The notes under the pieces are model-generated. The model had not been told where the DNA came from, did not search any database, and saw only the letters and a program-made list of their open reading frames with translations. Below, piece after piece: positions 1 through 9,014 of a stretch of 20,000 nucleotides of DNA. This DNA is from an uncultured virus (IMG/VR IMGVR_UViG_3300042451_001437) (Duplodnaviria > Heunggongvirae > Uroviricota > Caudoviricetes): the IMG/VR virus record IMGVR_UViG_3300042451_001437. One strand, 5' to 3'. Position 1 is the stretch's first letter; the number at the start of each line of letters is the position of its first letter. The translations under genes and the position numbers were made by a program.

Positions 1-1041
1 AGTAGAAAAGAAAATTTTGAAAGTAAAAATATCGTGTGTAGTGTAAATCTATATAACACTTTAGAGGTTGTAACTACTAAACAAAGCAACCAATCTAATG
101 TTGTTAAAGGTTTAATGAAGAAAGATTATAGCAGGTTCCAAGATTACACATCTGGTGCAAACTATAACCAATATACTGTTAACCATACCTTAGAGTTTAA
201 TGATGTTGAATCAATGGACAAAGCTATTGAAGAAATTATATCATCATATAGGACCAAAAAAATTAAATACTATAATCCACAATTAATAGGTACCCAAAAA
301 ATTGAAACACAGTTTAATACGATTACATTAAGCAATAGGATACCTTTTAGGGCCAATAATGCTGGTGCTAACCACGACACACCAGATGAAGTTGCTGATT
401 TAAAAAACTTTGTTGTTAGGATAAACCCAAATAGTAGGGATTTATACACAAAACCTAGTGCTGATTTACAAAACAAACTCAATATACCAGCAACGCAACC
501 AACTGATAACACAACACTTAACTATATTAGGTTTACTGAATTTAATAAATTCATAACTAAAATTAAAAAATATAATAACGAAAGATTTTTAGGTGACCAA
601 GAATTACAATCACCTGTTACAACAACAAGTAAAAAAACTCAAGAGAGTTTAACTGATAAAGAAGTTACTGTAAACGTTAATTACGCTGATAAATTTTTAT
701 TTTTAAGTAGTATTAACTCAAGAGACTACCTAGAAAATGCTAGAGAAGGTATGAGTAATGAAACTATTTCAAAATTTTTATCAAATTTATCTGTGGATGA
801 TTCGGGTAGAACTTACCAAACTTACGGGTTTGTTAGGGGTGAAAAAATTCTTGAACTTTTAGATCAAATTTTAGCTGTTTTCTTATCCCACGGGCATTCC
901 ATCGGACAATCTGAAGGGTCTTTAAGTAATAATGCCGTTGAATTAATTAAAAATTTAAGAGGTGATATTGCGCAAGAAATAAACGGAAACACAACAAATT
1001 CAACAACAAAGATAATTAACCATAACTTACGTCTTAATTAA
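1..1041 (+). CDS. 5'-truncated virion protein, probable baseplate central spike/puncturing protein (C-terminal part)
   Basis: The frame is open from base 1 (agt aga aaa gaa...), so the GTG at 34 is probably internal. The C-terminus GEKILELLDQILAVFLSHGHS carries an HxH motif like the tips of contractile-tail spikes. It lies in a structural region. Confidence 0.5.
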   Translation, partial: SRKENFESKNIVCSVNLYNTLEVVTTKQSNQSNVVKGLMKKDYSRFQDYTSGANYNQYTVNHTLEFNDVESMDKAIEEIISSYRTKKIKYYNPQLIGTQKIETQFNTITLSNRIPFRANNAGANHDTPDEVADLKNFVVRINPNSRDLYTKPSADLQNKLNIPATQPTDNTTLNYIRFTEFNKFITKIKKYNNERFLGDQELQSPVTTTSKKTQESLTDKEVTVNVNYADKFLFLSSINSRDYLENAREGMSNETISKFLSNLSVDDSGRTYQTYGFVRGEKILELLDQILAVFLSHGHSIGQSEGSLSNNAVELIKNLRGDIAQEINGNTTNSTTKIINHNLRLN

Positions 1042-1043
1042 AA

Positions 1044-1050
1044 TATTTAT
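1044..1050 (+). promoter_or_regulatory. TATTTAT motif, putative phage late promoter
   Basis: TATTTATTACT lies just upstream of ATG 1055. The same 11-mer occurs at 12775-12785 upstream of the scaffold gene. Confidence 0.45.
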
Positions 1051-1054
1051 TACT

Positions 1055-2431
1055 ATGGGTATATACAGAACATATTTTGATAAAAACAACACAATCGTTA
1101 AAGATAGTGATGTTAATACTGGCAGAAATCAAGTGTCAGAGCTATATTTTGGTAATCTCATCAGTAGGTTTTTGTTTTATTGCTCATTTGATGAAATCAG
1201 AAATCTTGTCGATTCTGGTGTTATCAATTTAAACGGAAACGTAAGACATATATTAACTATTAAGAATACTAGTAGTTTTGATATTAAGGATATATTAACT
1301 ATAGATAATAATTTAAGATTCGGTGATTACTATAGACCAACATCTTTTGATGTTGAGTTACATGGTGTTAACCAACTTTGGGACGAGGGTAATGGGTATG
1401 ATTTTGTCACTGGTATAAGAACTTTCCCACAAAACATTGAGTATGTTTTAGGGCCATCAAATTGGACTAAAGCTACAAATACGACTAATTTTACCACATC
1501 TGGTGTTGTACCTAACGGAGCTACACCAATAGCAACTCAACATCTGGATTTAGGTAATGAGGATATTAAAATGGATATAACAAACTTTGTTAATTCAATT
1601 ATAAGCGGAGCTACAAGTGGTACAACCTATAACGGTTTCTGCTTAAAGTATTCAGATGCTATTGAAGCTTTAACATTCCCTGATAATAGAACTTGCGCTC
1701 TTGGTTTATTCACAAGACACACACAAACATTTTTTGAACCGTACATTGAGACAATATATGATGATCATATTGACGATGAAAGAGTTACATTCTATTTAGG
1801 TAAAGAAAATAAATTGTTTTTTTATTCGGTTATCAACGGTAAACTAGAGAATCTAGACCAATTACCTACTTGTACTATTAACGGTACAACATATACAGTT
1901 AACCAAAAAACAAAAGGTGTTTATTACGTGACTGTTGATGGTGATGAGTCAACCTTTGTTAGTTACACAGAATATAACGACATTTGGAGTGACATTATTT
2001 ATAATGGGAATGCTAGACCTAACGTTAAATTAAGATTTGTCCCAATTGACGCTGATAAGTACTATAACTTTAATATAGATGCTTTGGATGATACCAGATA
2101 TGGTTTATCTTTGAGTGGTATAAAAGTTGGTGAGGGTTTACAACAAGGTGAGCAAAGAAAAGTTAATATCCTTTTAAGAAAACCTTATACTGTTTCAGAA
2201 TACTACGTTAGTAATAGTGTTTACTACAAGTTATATGTTAAACAAGGCCCAGCTGTTATTGATATTTTTGATTGGCAGTTGGCAAATAAAGCGTTAAATA
2301 ATAATTATTTCACAATTGATACAACCTGGTTGGTACCACAAAGATATTTTGTTGACATTAAAATTGAAACAAACGGTGAGGTAACGTTACACAGTAACGA
2401 ATTACATTTTGACGTTGTGAATAAAGCTTAA
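1055..2431 (+). CDS. Hypothetical virion-associated beta-rich protein (458 aa), possibly with a DNRLRE-like N-terminal domain
   Basis: Long ORF rich in aromatics, Thr and Asn. The motifs NTGRN..SRFLF, WDEGNGYD and SNW..AT recall DNRLRE/CBM96-like domains, by eye only. Confidence 0.5.
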   Translation: MGIYRTYFDKNNTIVKDSDVNTGRNQVSELYFGNLISRFLFYCSFDEIRNLVDSGVINLNGNVRHILTIKNTSSFDIKDILTIDNNLRFGDYYRPTSFDVELHGVNQLWDEGNGYDFVTGIRTFPQNIEYVLGPSNWTKATNTTNFTTSGVVPNGATPIATQHLDLGNEDIKMDITNFVNSIISGATSGTTYNGFCLKYSDAIEALTFPDNRTCALGLFTRHTQTFFEPYIETIYDDHIDDERVTFYLGKENKLFFYSVINGKLENLDQLPTCTINGTTYTVNQKTKGVYYVTVDGDESTFVSYTEYNDIWSDIIYNGNARPNVKLRFVPIDADKYYNFNIDALDDTRYGLSLSGIKVGEGLQQGEQRKVNILLRKPYTVSEYYVSNSVYYKLYVKQGPAVIDIFDWQLANKALNNNYFTIDTTWLVPQRYFVDIKIETNGEVTLHSNELHFDVVNKA

Positions 2432-2434
2432 GAT

Positions 2435-2839
2435 ATGTATTTAATTTATATAAACCCACTTAATAAAAATTTTAAAGGTCAGTACACCTACGAGTTTATC
2501 TTTACAAAACGTTTGGATAACGTTGAGTATGGTGATGACTGGGATGTCCAACCAGCGTCAAGCGGATCACCAACACCACCAAATGTTAAACAAATCGAAT
2601 CAATTGGTATGTTAAAATCAGACGATATTGAATTAGATCTTGCAATGAACTCAGATACATTTTCAATGTATGACTGTGTTGAAGGTATTATTGCACTTGG
2701 TTGGGAATCAGAATCACCTGAAATTGATGATAGATTAGTGTTCAGATATGGGGAAACCATTGAATCAATAAAAGAAAAAATATACAGTAGAGATAAACTA
2801 CTAACAATAATAAATAAAGAAGAAATAGATAAATTCTAA
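2435..2839 (+). CDS. Hypothetical protein (134 aa, acidic)
   Basis: Starts 3 nt after the previous stop. Its stop overlaps the next ATG (TAATG), indicating translational coupling. Confidence 0.75.
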   Translation: MYLIYINPLNKNFKGQYTYEFIFTKRLDNVEYGDDWDVQPASSGSPTPPNVKQIESIGMLKSDDIELDLAMNSDTFSMYDCVEGIIALGWESESPEIDDRLVFRYGETIESIKEKIYSRDKLLTIINKEEIDKF

Positions 2840-3675
2840 TGGAAAACATGGAAACAAATAACAATGATGATGTAATGGGTAAAGCAGCTGCCTCAGCAAT
2901 TGAAAACCCAGAGGGTATGGTGCAAAGTTTAGATAATTTAAAAAACACATTACAACAACTTGCGGATAAAGCAAAAGAAGTAAAAGCTACTGCTGGTGTA
3001 GAAGAAACTGGTGGTCAGGTTAAAGAAGATTCAGCAAAATCTTGGACTATGGAAGATACTATTGACGAGTTGATGTCTAAAATTGTGATGGGTCATACTT
3101 ATTACGATGAACCATGGAATGAGAGAAACAGACCAAAACTTAGCGGTGCTAGGTATAATATTAATGATGAATCTGGTGATACCGTTAAAGCAAATGCATC
3201 TGAAGACGATGTTATTGAGTACGCTAATACTGTTTATCACTATGATATGGCTGACAATGAAGCTGAAGAATTTAAAACCTTCCAAGACGCTAAAAACGCC
3301 TTAGAAAATGAGGGTAATTTTATGGTTATTAATGTTGATGACACAAAACAGATGAGTTTATTCCCATCTGAAAAGAAACAACCTGAAGAAAAACCAAATA
3401 CTGTCATAAGTAAAATGGATGATTCAGAATACCAAAGACTACTTAGTATGATTAACAACCCTTTTGTTCGTAACAAGATTGATGCTACGGTACAAATGTT
3501 AAGGGTTAATAAACAAAAAGAAGCGTATAGTCAATTAAGAAATTTATTGGATTCACTAAAAGAATCTAAAGAAAATTTGGTTGGTTCAGAAACATTTCGT
3601 ATTATTGCAGAGTCAGAAAAACCAAAATTGACGAAATCGGATATTTTGGAATTTGTTAAACAACGCAAAAAATAA
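2839..3675 (+). CDS. Hypothetical acidic protein (278 aa), possible internal head protein
   Basis: Coupled ORF, E/D/K-rich. Contains LKES and IAES (gp21-type cleavage-like sites) and a QMSLF motif. Confidence 0.7.
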   Translation: MENMETNNNDDVMGKAAASAIENPEGMVQSLDNLKNTLQQLADKAKEVKATAGVEETGGQVKEDSAKSWTMEDTIDELMSKIVMGHTYYDEPWNERNRPKLSGARYNINDESGDTVKANASEDDVIEYANTVYHYDMADNEAEEFKTFQDAKNALENEGNFMVINVDDTKQMSLFPSEKKQPEEKPNTVISKMDDSEYQRLLSMINNPFVRNKIDATVQMLRVNKQKEAYSQLRNLLDSLKESKENLVGSETFRIIAESEKPKLTKSDILEFVKQRKK

Positions 3676-3684
3676 ATTTTAAAT

Positions 3685-3813
3685 ATGAAAAATAACCAAC
3701 TAAGCCCAACTGAAAATCCAGTTGAAACTCCTGTAAAGACACCTAGTCCAGTTAAGGATCCATCAAAAATTGATATCCCCAAACCAAAGGCTGATCCAAA
3801 ACCAAAAGCATAA
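3685..3813 (+). CDS. Small Pro/Lys-rich protein (42 aa), missed by the ORF track
   Basis: ATG 3685 to TAA 3813 reads MKNNQLSPTENPVETPVKTPSPVKDPSKIDIPKPKADPKPKA. It fills the gap after an A/T-rich leader and uses codons like its neighbours. Confidence 0.65.
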   Translation: MKNNQLSPTENPVETPVKTPSPVKDPSKIDIPKPKADPKPKA

Positions 3814-3816
3814 AAA

Positions 3817-3848
3817 TTTGGTTGTTTAAAAACTTTTACCTATATTTG
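3817..3848 (+). promoter_or_regulatory. Bacteroidota primary-sigma type promoter (-33 TTTG / -7 TAnnTTTG)
   Basis: TTTG at 3817-3820, a 20-nt spacer and TATATTTG at 3841-3848 match the known Bacteroidetes consensus exactly. Confidence 0.7.
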
Positions 3849-3879
3849 CCTTGTTAATTATAAACAAGGCATTTTTTTT
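3847..3879 (+). terminator. Intrinsic terminator-like hairpin overlapping the promoter
   Basis: TGCCTTGTT (3847-3855), loop AATTATA, AACAAGGCA (3863-3871), then T8 ending at ATG 3880. Confidence 0.6.
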
Positions 3880-5016
3880 ATGAGAAAATCAGGACTACAA
3901 TTGGGTGATTACCCAAACTACATCGCTAAATCAACAGTTGATAAACTATCTAAGCGAACCCATCCATTGGCTAAAATGCCATACTACGATCAATCTACTC
4001 ACCCAGAAACTTGGAGAGAGGAGATTATAGCATCTGACCGTTATAAAGAATTGGTTGATTCTTATTGTAACACATTTGGTATGGATAAATCCCAATTAAA
4101 TCCGATGGAAGTTATGATTTCCGCTAGTTCTGCTAATTATATTGCAGTTAATAAAGAAAGTGGTAAAAGACCAAGACTTTGTTCATTGGCTGAAAAAATT
4201 ATCAGAGAAGAATGGTTCCTTGGTAAGGATGAGGTTATTTTTGATCTTGAAATATTAGAACCAGGTAACATTAAATTACCTGAAAATATGAGTATGGAAT
4301 CACCTTTAACCGAGGAAGAAAAGGAAGAACTTGAAAATGAAATGGAAGATGAGATTGTAAAGAGAAGGACAATTAATGCACTTGCGCAAGGTGCCTCATT
4401 AAGGGGTCATTACCTATTCCATTTATACCGTACTGAAATTGAAGAAATTGTACCAGATATAACAAGTTATTATCAAAAAGCGTTAATTGCTAATGACTTA
4501 TTTTATTATTTGATTAGTGATGAGATGTTTCAACAACAAATTGAGAGCGATGATTCTAATAACGCAGGTTACGTTAAGCTTGACTTTAGCGGAGAAACAC
4601 CTAAAATTATAGCAAAAGCGATTAATTTACCGATATTAATCCATGAAATGATAAAAGGTATTATTTCTCTACTATCTGTAGCTGGTTTACCAGAAAAAGA
4701 TGCGGATAAAGTGATTGATTATGCTGATACTATCATTGCTGAGTTATGGGATATTCGTTTATTTCCTATTATATGGGGTAATTTTCACGCTTTAATTGAT
4801 GAGGAAGATTATGACATTAAGAAGTTAATCTTAATGGATCTCTTTAAAAGAGATGCTGAGGATTTTATTAATTTCATGTCATTGTTGGAACATCGACCTG
4901 ATTACGCAAAAAAAGAGATAAAAGACATCGTCAAAGAAAAACGAATGGAAATTATGGAATATAATTTTGTTAAAGATGACCTTGACAATCTTGATTTAAG
5001 CGCTTTAGGACTATAA
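3880..5016 (+). CDS. Hypothetical protein (378 aa) upstream of the terminase
   Basis: Long, acidic, probably helical ORF with the motifs KRRTINALAQGAS.RGHY and PILIHEMIKG. Confidence 0.8.
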   Translation: MRKSGLQLGDYPNYIAKSTVDKLSKRTHPLAKMPYYDQSTHPETWREEIIASDRYKELVDSYCNTFGMDKSQLNPMEVMISASSANYIAVNKESGKRPRLCSLAEKIIREEWFLGKDEVIFDLEILEPGNIKLPENMSMESPLTEEEKEELENEMEDEIVKRRTINALAQGASLRGHYLFHLYRTEIEEIVPDITSYYQKALIANDLFYYLISDEMFQQQIESDDSNNAGYVKLDFSGETPKIIAKAINLPILIHEMIKGIISLLSVAGLPEKDADKVIDYADTIIAELWDIRLFPIIWGNFHALIDEEDYDIKKLILMDLFKRDAEDFINFMSLLEHRPDYAKKEIKDIVKEKRMEIMEYNFVKDDLDNLDLSALGL

Positions 5017-5021
5017 TAAAC

Positions 5022-5029
5022 TATTTATA
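5022..5029 (+). promoter_or_regulatory. TATTTATA motif, putative late promoter
   Basis: Intergenic, about 16 nt upstream of the terminase TTG start. Confidence 0.45.
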
Positions 5030-5044
5030 TGGAAACAATAGGCC

Positions 5045-6856
5045 TTGGCAAAACAAATTACAGATAAAAAAGAATTACTTTTAGAGTTCGCAAGATGCTC
5101 TCAAGACCCTTGTTATGTTATAGAAAGTTATTTCGAAACTTTTGATAAAACAAGAGAGGGGTATGTACCTTTTGAACTTTTTGATGGCCAAAGAACTTTA
5201 GTTTCTAACTATAGAAAACATAGATTTAATTTAGTTCTAAAATATCGTCAGGCTGGTATCTCAACGGTAACAGCCGCATATTCTGCTGTACTCACAGCTT
5301 TCGCTAGTCCAGACAGACCTGAGAAAGTATTGATTCTTGCCAACAAGCAAGAAACAGCGATTGAGTTCCAAAACAAAATCATTAACTTCATTAAACAATT
5401 ACCTGATTGGGTAAATGTAACATTTGATAAATCATCGCAAAAACACGTTAGATTATCTAATGGTTCTGAAATTAAAGCCGTTGCAACATCTCAGGATGCC
5501 TTGCGTGGTTATACACCTACGGTCTTATTAATTGACGAGGCTGCGTTCGTTGAAGGTGGTCAAGAGTTATGGACAGCGTGTTTGGCCTCAATTGGTACTG
5601 GTGGTAAAGCTGTATTAATTTCAACACCTAACGGATTAGATCCAATCTATTACGCCTCATATGAGGGTGCAATTAAAGGTGATAATAGTTTCTGTGTTAC
5701 TCACTTAAAATGGTGGCAAGATCCACGATTCAACAAAGATTTACGTTTAATTAAAACTAAAGATATTGTTGACTGGATTCAAAAACCAAATACTGAAAAA
5801 CACGAAGAAATTATTGAATCGGTTATTGATTTACACCCAGATGTTATAGCTAAATTTATCGCAGATGGTTATAAACCACACTCCACATGGTATGAAAACA
5901 TGTGTAGGGATATGAACTTTAACAAACGTATGATTAACCAGGAGTTGGAATGTGCGTTTATTGGATCTGGTGATAACGTAATTGAAGGTGAGGTTATTAG
6001 AAAACAAGAACAAGAAAATGTTAGAGTTCCTGAGGTTAAAGATAAAGCTTGGGACAGTAACCTATGGATATGGCAATTACCACAAAAGGGTCATAGATAC
6101 ATATTAGCCCTTGACGTATCCAGAGGTGACTCTGAAGATGCTACGGGTATGTGTATTATTGATTACGATACTTTTGAGCAGGTTTTAGAGTATCATGGTA
6201 AAGTTCCACCAGATGTAGCCGCTTTAATTGTAGACCAATACGGTAGAATGTATGACGCATTGTCAACATTTGATATTACAGGTGGTATGGGTATAGCCTC
6301 AACACAAAAACTAAAAGAATTGGGTTACCCTAAAAAATTATTACATTATGATAATGATGGTGATAGTAACAGCATGTATTACATGCCAGATGAAAACGCT
6401 ATACCAGGTATTAATTTTGCATCTAAAAACAGAAGGAGTCAAATTGTGGCTGCTTTAGAAGAAGCTGTTGCTAGAGGTGGTTTTAAAATACGCAGCGAAA
6501 GATTGACAGCTGAGTTAAAAAAATTCGTTTATAAAAACGGTAAACCAGACCACATGAAAGGTTCACACGATGACCTTATTATGGCCCTTGGTATGTGTCT
6601 ATTTGTGGCTAACACATCATTTAAAAGGTTACAAGAATCTGATAATATGACCAGAGCTATGTTAGACAGTTGGAAAATAACAACTAATAACACAAAAACA
6701 GATGCAGACTATTTATTAAAAGACGTAACTAGCTCACCAAATCCTGATAAATCATATTATAATTCTGATGAATTTGCTACGAATAATAATATGATGAACA
6801 CCAGGGAATTTTCTTGGCTTTTTGGCGTTATGAAACCTAAACCTAATAATAATTAA
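5045..6856 (+). CDS. terL: Terminase large subunit (T4 gp17-like)
   Basis: Walker A region LKYRQAGIST, Walker B LLIDEAAF, motif III ISTPNG, linker QELECAF, and RNase H-like nuclease motifs LALDVSRG and HDDLIMA. TTG start with an in-frame TAG at 5039. Confidence 0.95.
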   Translation: MAKQITDKKELLLEFARCSQDPCYVIESYFETFDKTREGYVPFELFDGQRTLVSNYRKHRFNLVLKYRQAGISTVTAAYSAVLTAFASPDRPEKVLILANKQETAIEFQNKIINFIKQLPDWVNVTFDKSSQKHVRLSNGSEIKAVATSQDALRGYTPTVLLIDEAAFVEGGQELWTACLASIGTGGKAVLISTPNGLDPIYYASYEGAIKGDNSFCVTHLKWWQDPRFNKDLRLIKTKDIVDWIQKPNTEKHEEIIESVIDLHPDVIAKFIADGYKPHSTWYENMCRDMNFNKRMINQELECAFIGSGDNVIEGEVIRKQEQENVRVPEVKDKAWDSNLWIWQLPQKGHRYILALDVSRGDSEDATGMCIIDYDTFEQVLEYHGKVPPDVAALIVDQYGRMYDALSTFDITGGMGIASTQKLKELGYPKKLLHYDNDGDSNSMYYMPDENAIPGINFASKNRRSQIVAALEEAVARGGFKIRSERLTAELKKFVYKNGKPDHMKGSHDDLIMALGMCLFVANTSFKRLQESDNMTRAMLDSWKITTNNTKTDADYLLKDVTSSPNPDKSYYNSDEFATNNNMMNTREFSWLFGVMKPKPNNN

Positions 6857-6870
6857 AACAATTAAACAAA

Positions 6871-7110
6871 ATGGCAAATATAATTAAACAAGCTAGAAGT
6901 ACTGGACCAGGGTCCACATCAATCATTAGAAAAGTAGACCCAAAAAATTTAGACAGAAGAGATGGTAGAGCATTGCAAAGAAATATTGATGCAATTAAAT
7001 GCTCACCAGAATCAGATGGTACAACAACATATGTACAAAAAAAAGAATGGGTCGAAGCTGTTGAAAATTACAACTTCCCACCATATGTAGATTGTGAATA
7101 CGTAAATTAA
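6871..7110 (+). CDS. Hypothetical protein (79 aa)
   Basis: ATG with an A-rich leader. Fills the gap between terL and the portal gene. Confidence 0.65.
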   Translation: MANIIKQARSTGPGSTSIIRKVDPKNLDRRDGRALQRNIDAIKCSPESDGTTTYVQKKEWVEAVENYNFPPYVDCEYVN

Positions 7111-7116
7111 AAATAT

Positions 7117-8976
7117 ATGGCAGATAATAGATTAACAATATTTCAAAGATTAAATAAAGTTCTCGGCAATGAAGTCGATGGGCCAAAATACGTCATTGAC
7201 CCTAGTTCATTCAATGGGTTAAGTGGTGATGATTTGGAACAAAAAAAGTTAGAGGCGCAACAAACGCTATATCTACAAAATCAGTGGAAAAAAATTGATA
7301 ATGAACTTTATCAAAAAGCCGTTTACTATGAACCAACAAGAATTGCGTCATATTATGATTATGAAGCCATGGAATATACTCCAGAAATTTCTGTTGCGTT
7401 GGATATTTTTGCTGAGGAAGCAACAACTGCAAATGAAAACGGTAAAGTTTTAACAATTTATTCTGATAGCACAAGAATTAAAAAAGAGTTAACGGATTTA
7501 TTCGAAAATGTTTTGGATATTAACGCTAACCTTACGTCTTGGGCTAGAAACGTATGTAAATACGGTGATAACTTTGTCTATAACAAGATTGTACCTAACC
7601 AAGGTATTGTTGGCGTAACCCAATTACCTAATATTGAGATGACCAGATCTGAACCAGGTTTTTCAAAGGTTACAAGTTTGGATGATCAACAAAAAGAAAA
7701 AAACATTAAATTTTTCTGGAAAGATAAAAACGTTGAGTTTAACTCATTTGAAATTTCTCACTTTAGATTACTTGGTGACGATAGGAGATTACCGTATGGT
7801 ACCTCTATGCTTGAAAAAGTAAGAAGGATTTGGAAACAATTATTGTTATCTGAAGATGCTATGTTAGTTTACCGTGTAACCAGAGCACCAGAAAGACGTG
7901 TTTATAAAGTATTCGTTGGTAATATGGATGATAAAGATGTTGATGCTTATGTTGACAAGATCGCCAATAACTTTAAAAGGGTTAATATGGTTAATAAAGA
8001 TAATGGTAATCAGGATACACGTTATAACGCATTAGCTGTTGATCAGGACTATTTTATCCCTGTTAGGGATCCAAGCCTTGCGATGCCAATTGAGACGCTT
8101 CCTGGGGCTCAAAACCTATCAGAAATAGCCGATATCGAATACATTCAAAAGAAAATGCTTGCCGCTCTTAGAGTACCTAAAGCTTTTATTGGTTTTGAAG
8201 AAACAACTGGTGATGGTAAAAACTTGGCCATCCTTGATGTTCGTTTTGCAAGAGCCGTACATAGAATACAAAAAGCTCTTATCCAAGAGTTAAATAAAAT
8301 GGCTATTATCCATTTATATACCAAAGGTTTTACAGATGACCTAGAAAACTTTACATTAACATTAACAAGCCCATCCACACAAGCTGAAATGCTTAAAATC
8401 CAAAACTGGAAAGAGAAGGTTACGTTATATCGTGATGCGGTTTCTGATGCTGGTAATGGATTCTCAGCTATGTCAATGACTTATGCTAAGAAAGAGATCT
8501 TAAACATGAGTGATGATGAGATTAAACTTGATATCCAAAGACAAGCTGTTGAAAAAGCTGGTGGTGAGGAAATTAAAGCTCTTGGAGAAACCATTAAACA
8601 AACAGGTATATTCAGAGATATTTACAAAATTTACAAAATCGACCCTAATAACATGACACTTGGTGCTACTGGTGGAACTGGTTCAGACGCTGCTGCTATG
8701 GGTGGTGGTGGTGGATCCATGGGCGGTGGTATGACGGAACCTGCTGGTGGTACAGACTTTACAGCACCTTTAGAAGTTCCAGGAGCTGAGGCTGGTGCTG
8801 AAATACCTGGTGCGGAAACCCCAGAAGCTGGTGCCGAAACAGAGGCTAGTACGGAAATACCTGGTACTGAAGAACCTTTAGCTGAGATAACTAAAAGAAA
8901 ATTAGATGCTAAGAATAAATTAATCAATGAGGCGCTCAAAAAAACAATTGATGAAATTGACGATTTATTGGTATAA
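7117..8976 (+). CDS. gp20: Portal protein (T4 gp20-like)
   Basis: Motifs YEAMEYTPEISVALDIFAEE, PYGTSMLE, EDAMLVYRVTRAPERRVYKVFVGNM, DYFIPVR, IETLPG and DIEYIQKKMLAALRVP match gp20-family portals. It follows terL. Confidence 0.93.
   Translation: MADNRLTIFQRLNKVLGNEVDGPKYVIDPSSFNGLSGDDLEQKKLEAQQTLYLQNQWKKIDNELYQKAVYYEPTRIASYYDYEAMEYTPEISVALDIFAEEATTANENGKVLTIYSDSTRIKKELTDLFENVLDINANLTSWARNVCKYGDNFVYNKIVPNQGIVGVTQLPNIEMTRSEPGFSKVTSLDDQQKEKNIKFFWKDKNVEFNSFEISHFRLLGDDRRLPYGTSMLEKVRRIWKQLLLSEDAMLVYRVTRAPERRVYKVFVGNMDDKDVDAYVDKIANNFKRVNMVNKDNGNQDTRYNALAVDQDYFIPVRDPSLAMPIETLPGAQNLSEIADIEYIQKKMLAALRVPKAFIGFEETTGDGKNLAILDVRFARAVHRIQKALIQELNKMAIIHLYTKGFTDDLENFTLTLTSPSTQAEMLKIQNWKEKVTLYRDAVSDAGNGFSAMSMTYAKKEILNMSDDEIKLDIQRQAVEKAGGEEIKALGETIKQTGIFRDIYKIYKIDPNNMTLGATGGTGSDAAAMGGGGGSMGGGMTEPAGGTDFTAPLEVPGAEAGAEIPGAETPEAGAETEASTEIPGTEEPLAEITKRKLDAKNKLINEALKKTIDEIDDLLV
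8660..8880 (+). repeat. Low-complexity Gly/Ala/Glu/Pro tail of the portal with E(I/V)PG repeats
   Basis: GGT runs encoding GGGGGSMGGG, and EVPGAEAGAEIPGAETPEAGAETEASTEIPG, with gaaatacctggt occurring twice. Confidence 0.7.
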
Positions 8977-8991
8977 TAAAAAAATAACTGA

Positions 8992-8999
8992 TATTTATA
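8992..8999 (+). promoter_or_regulatory. TATTTATA motif, putative late promoter
   Basis: Intergenic, about 16 nt upstream of ATG 9015. Confidence 0.5.
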
Positions 9000-9014
9000 T
9001 AAAAAATTAAACAA

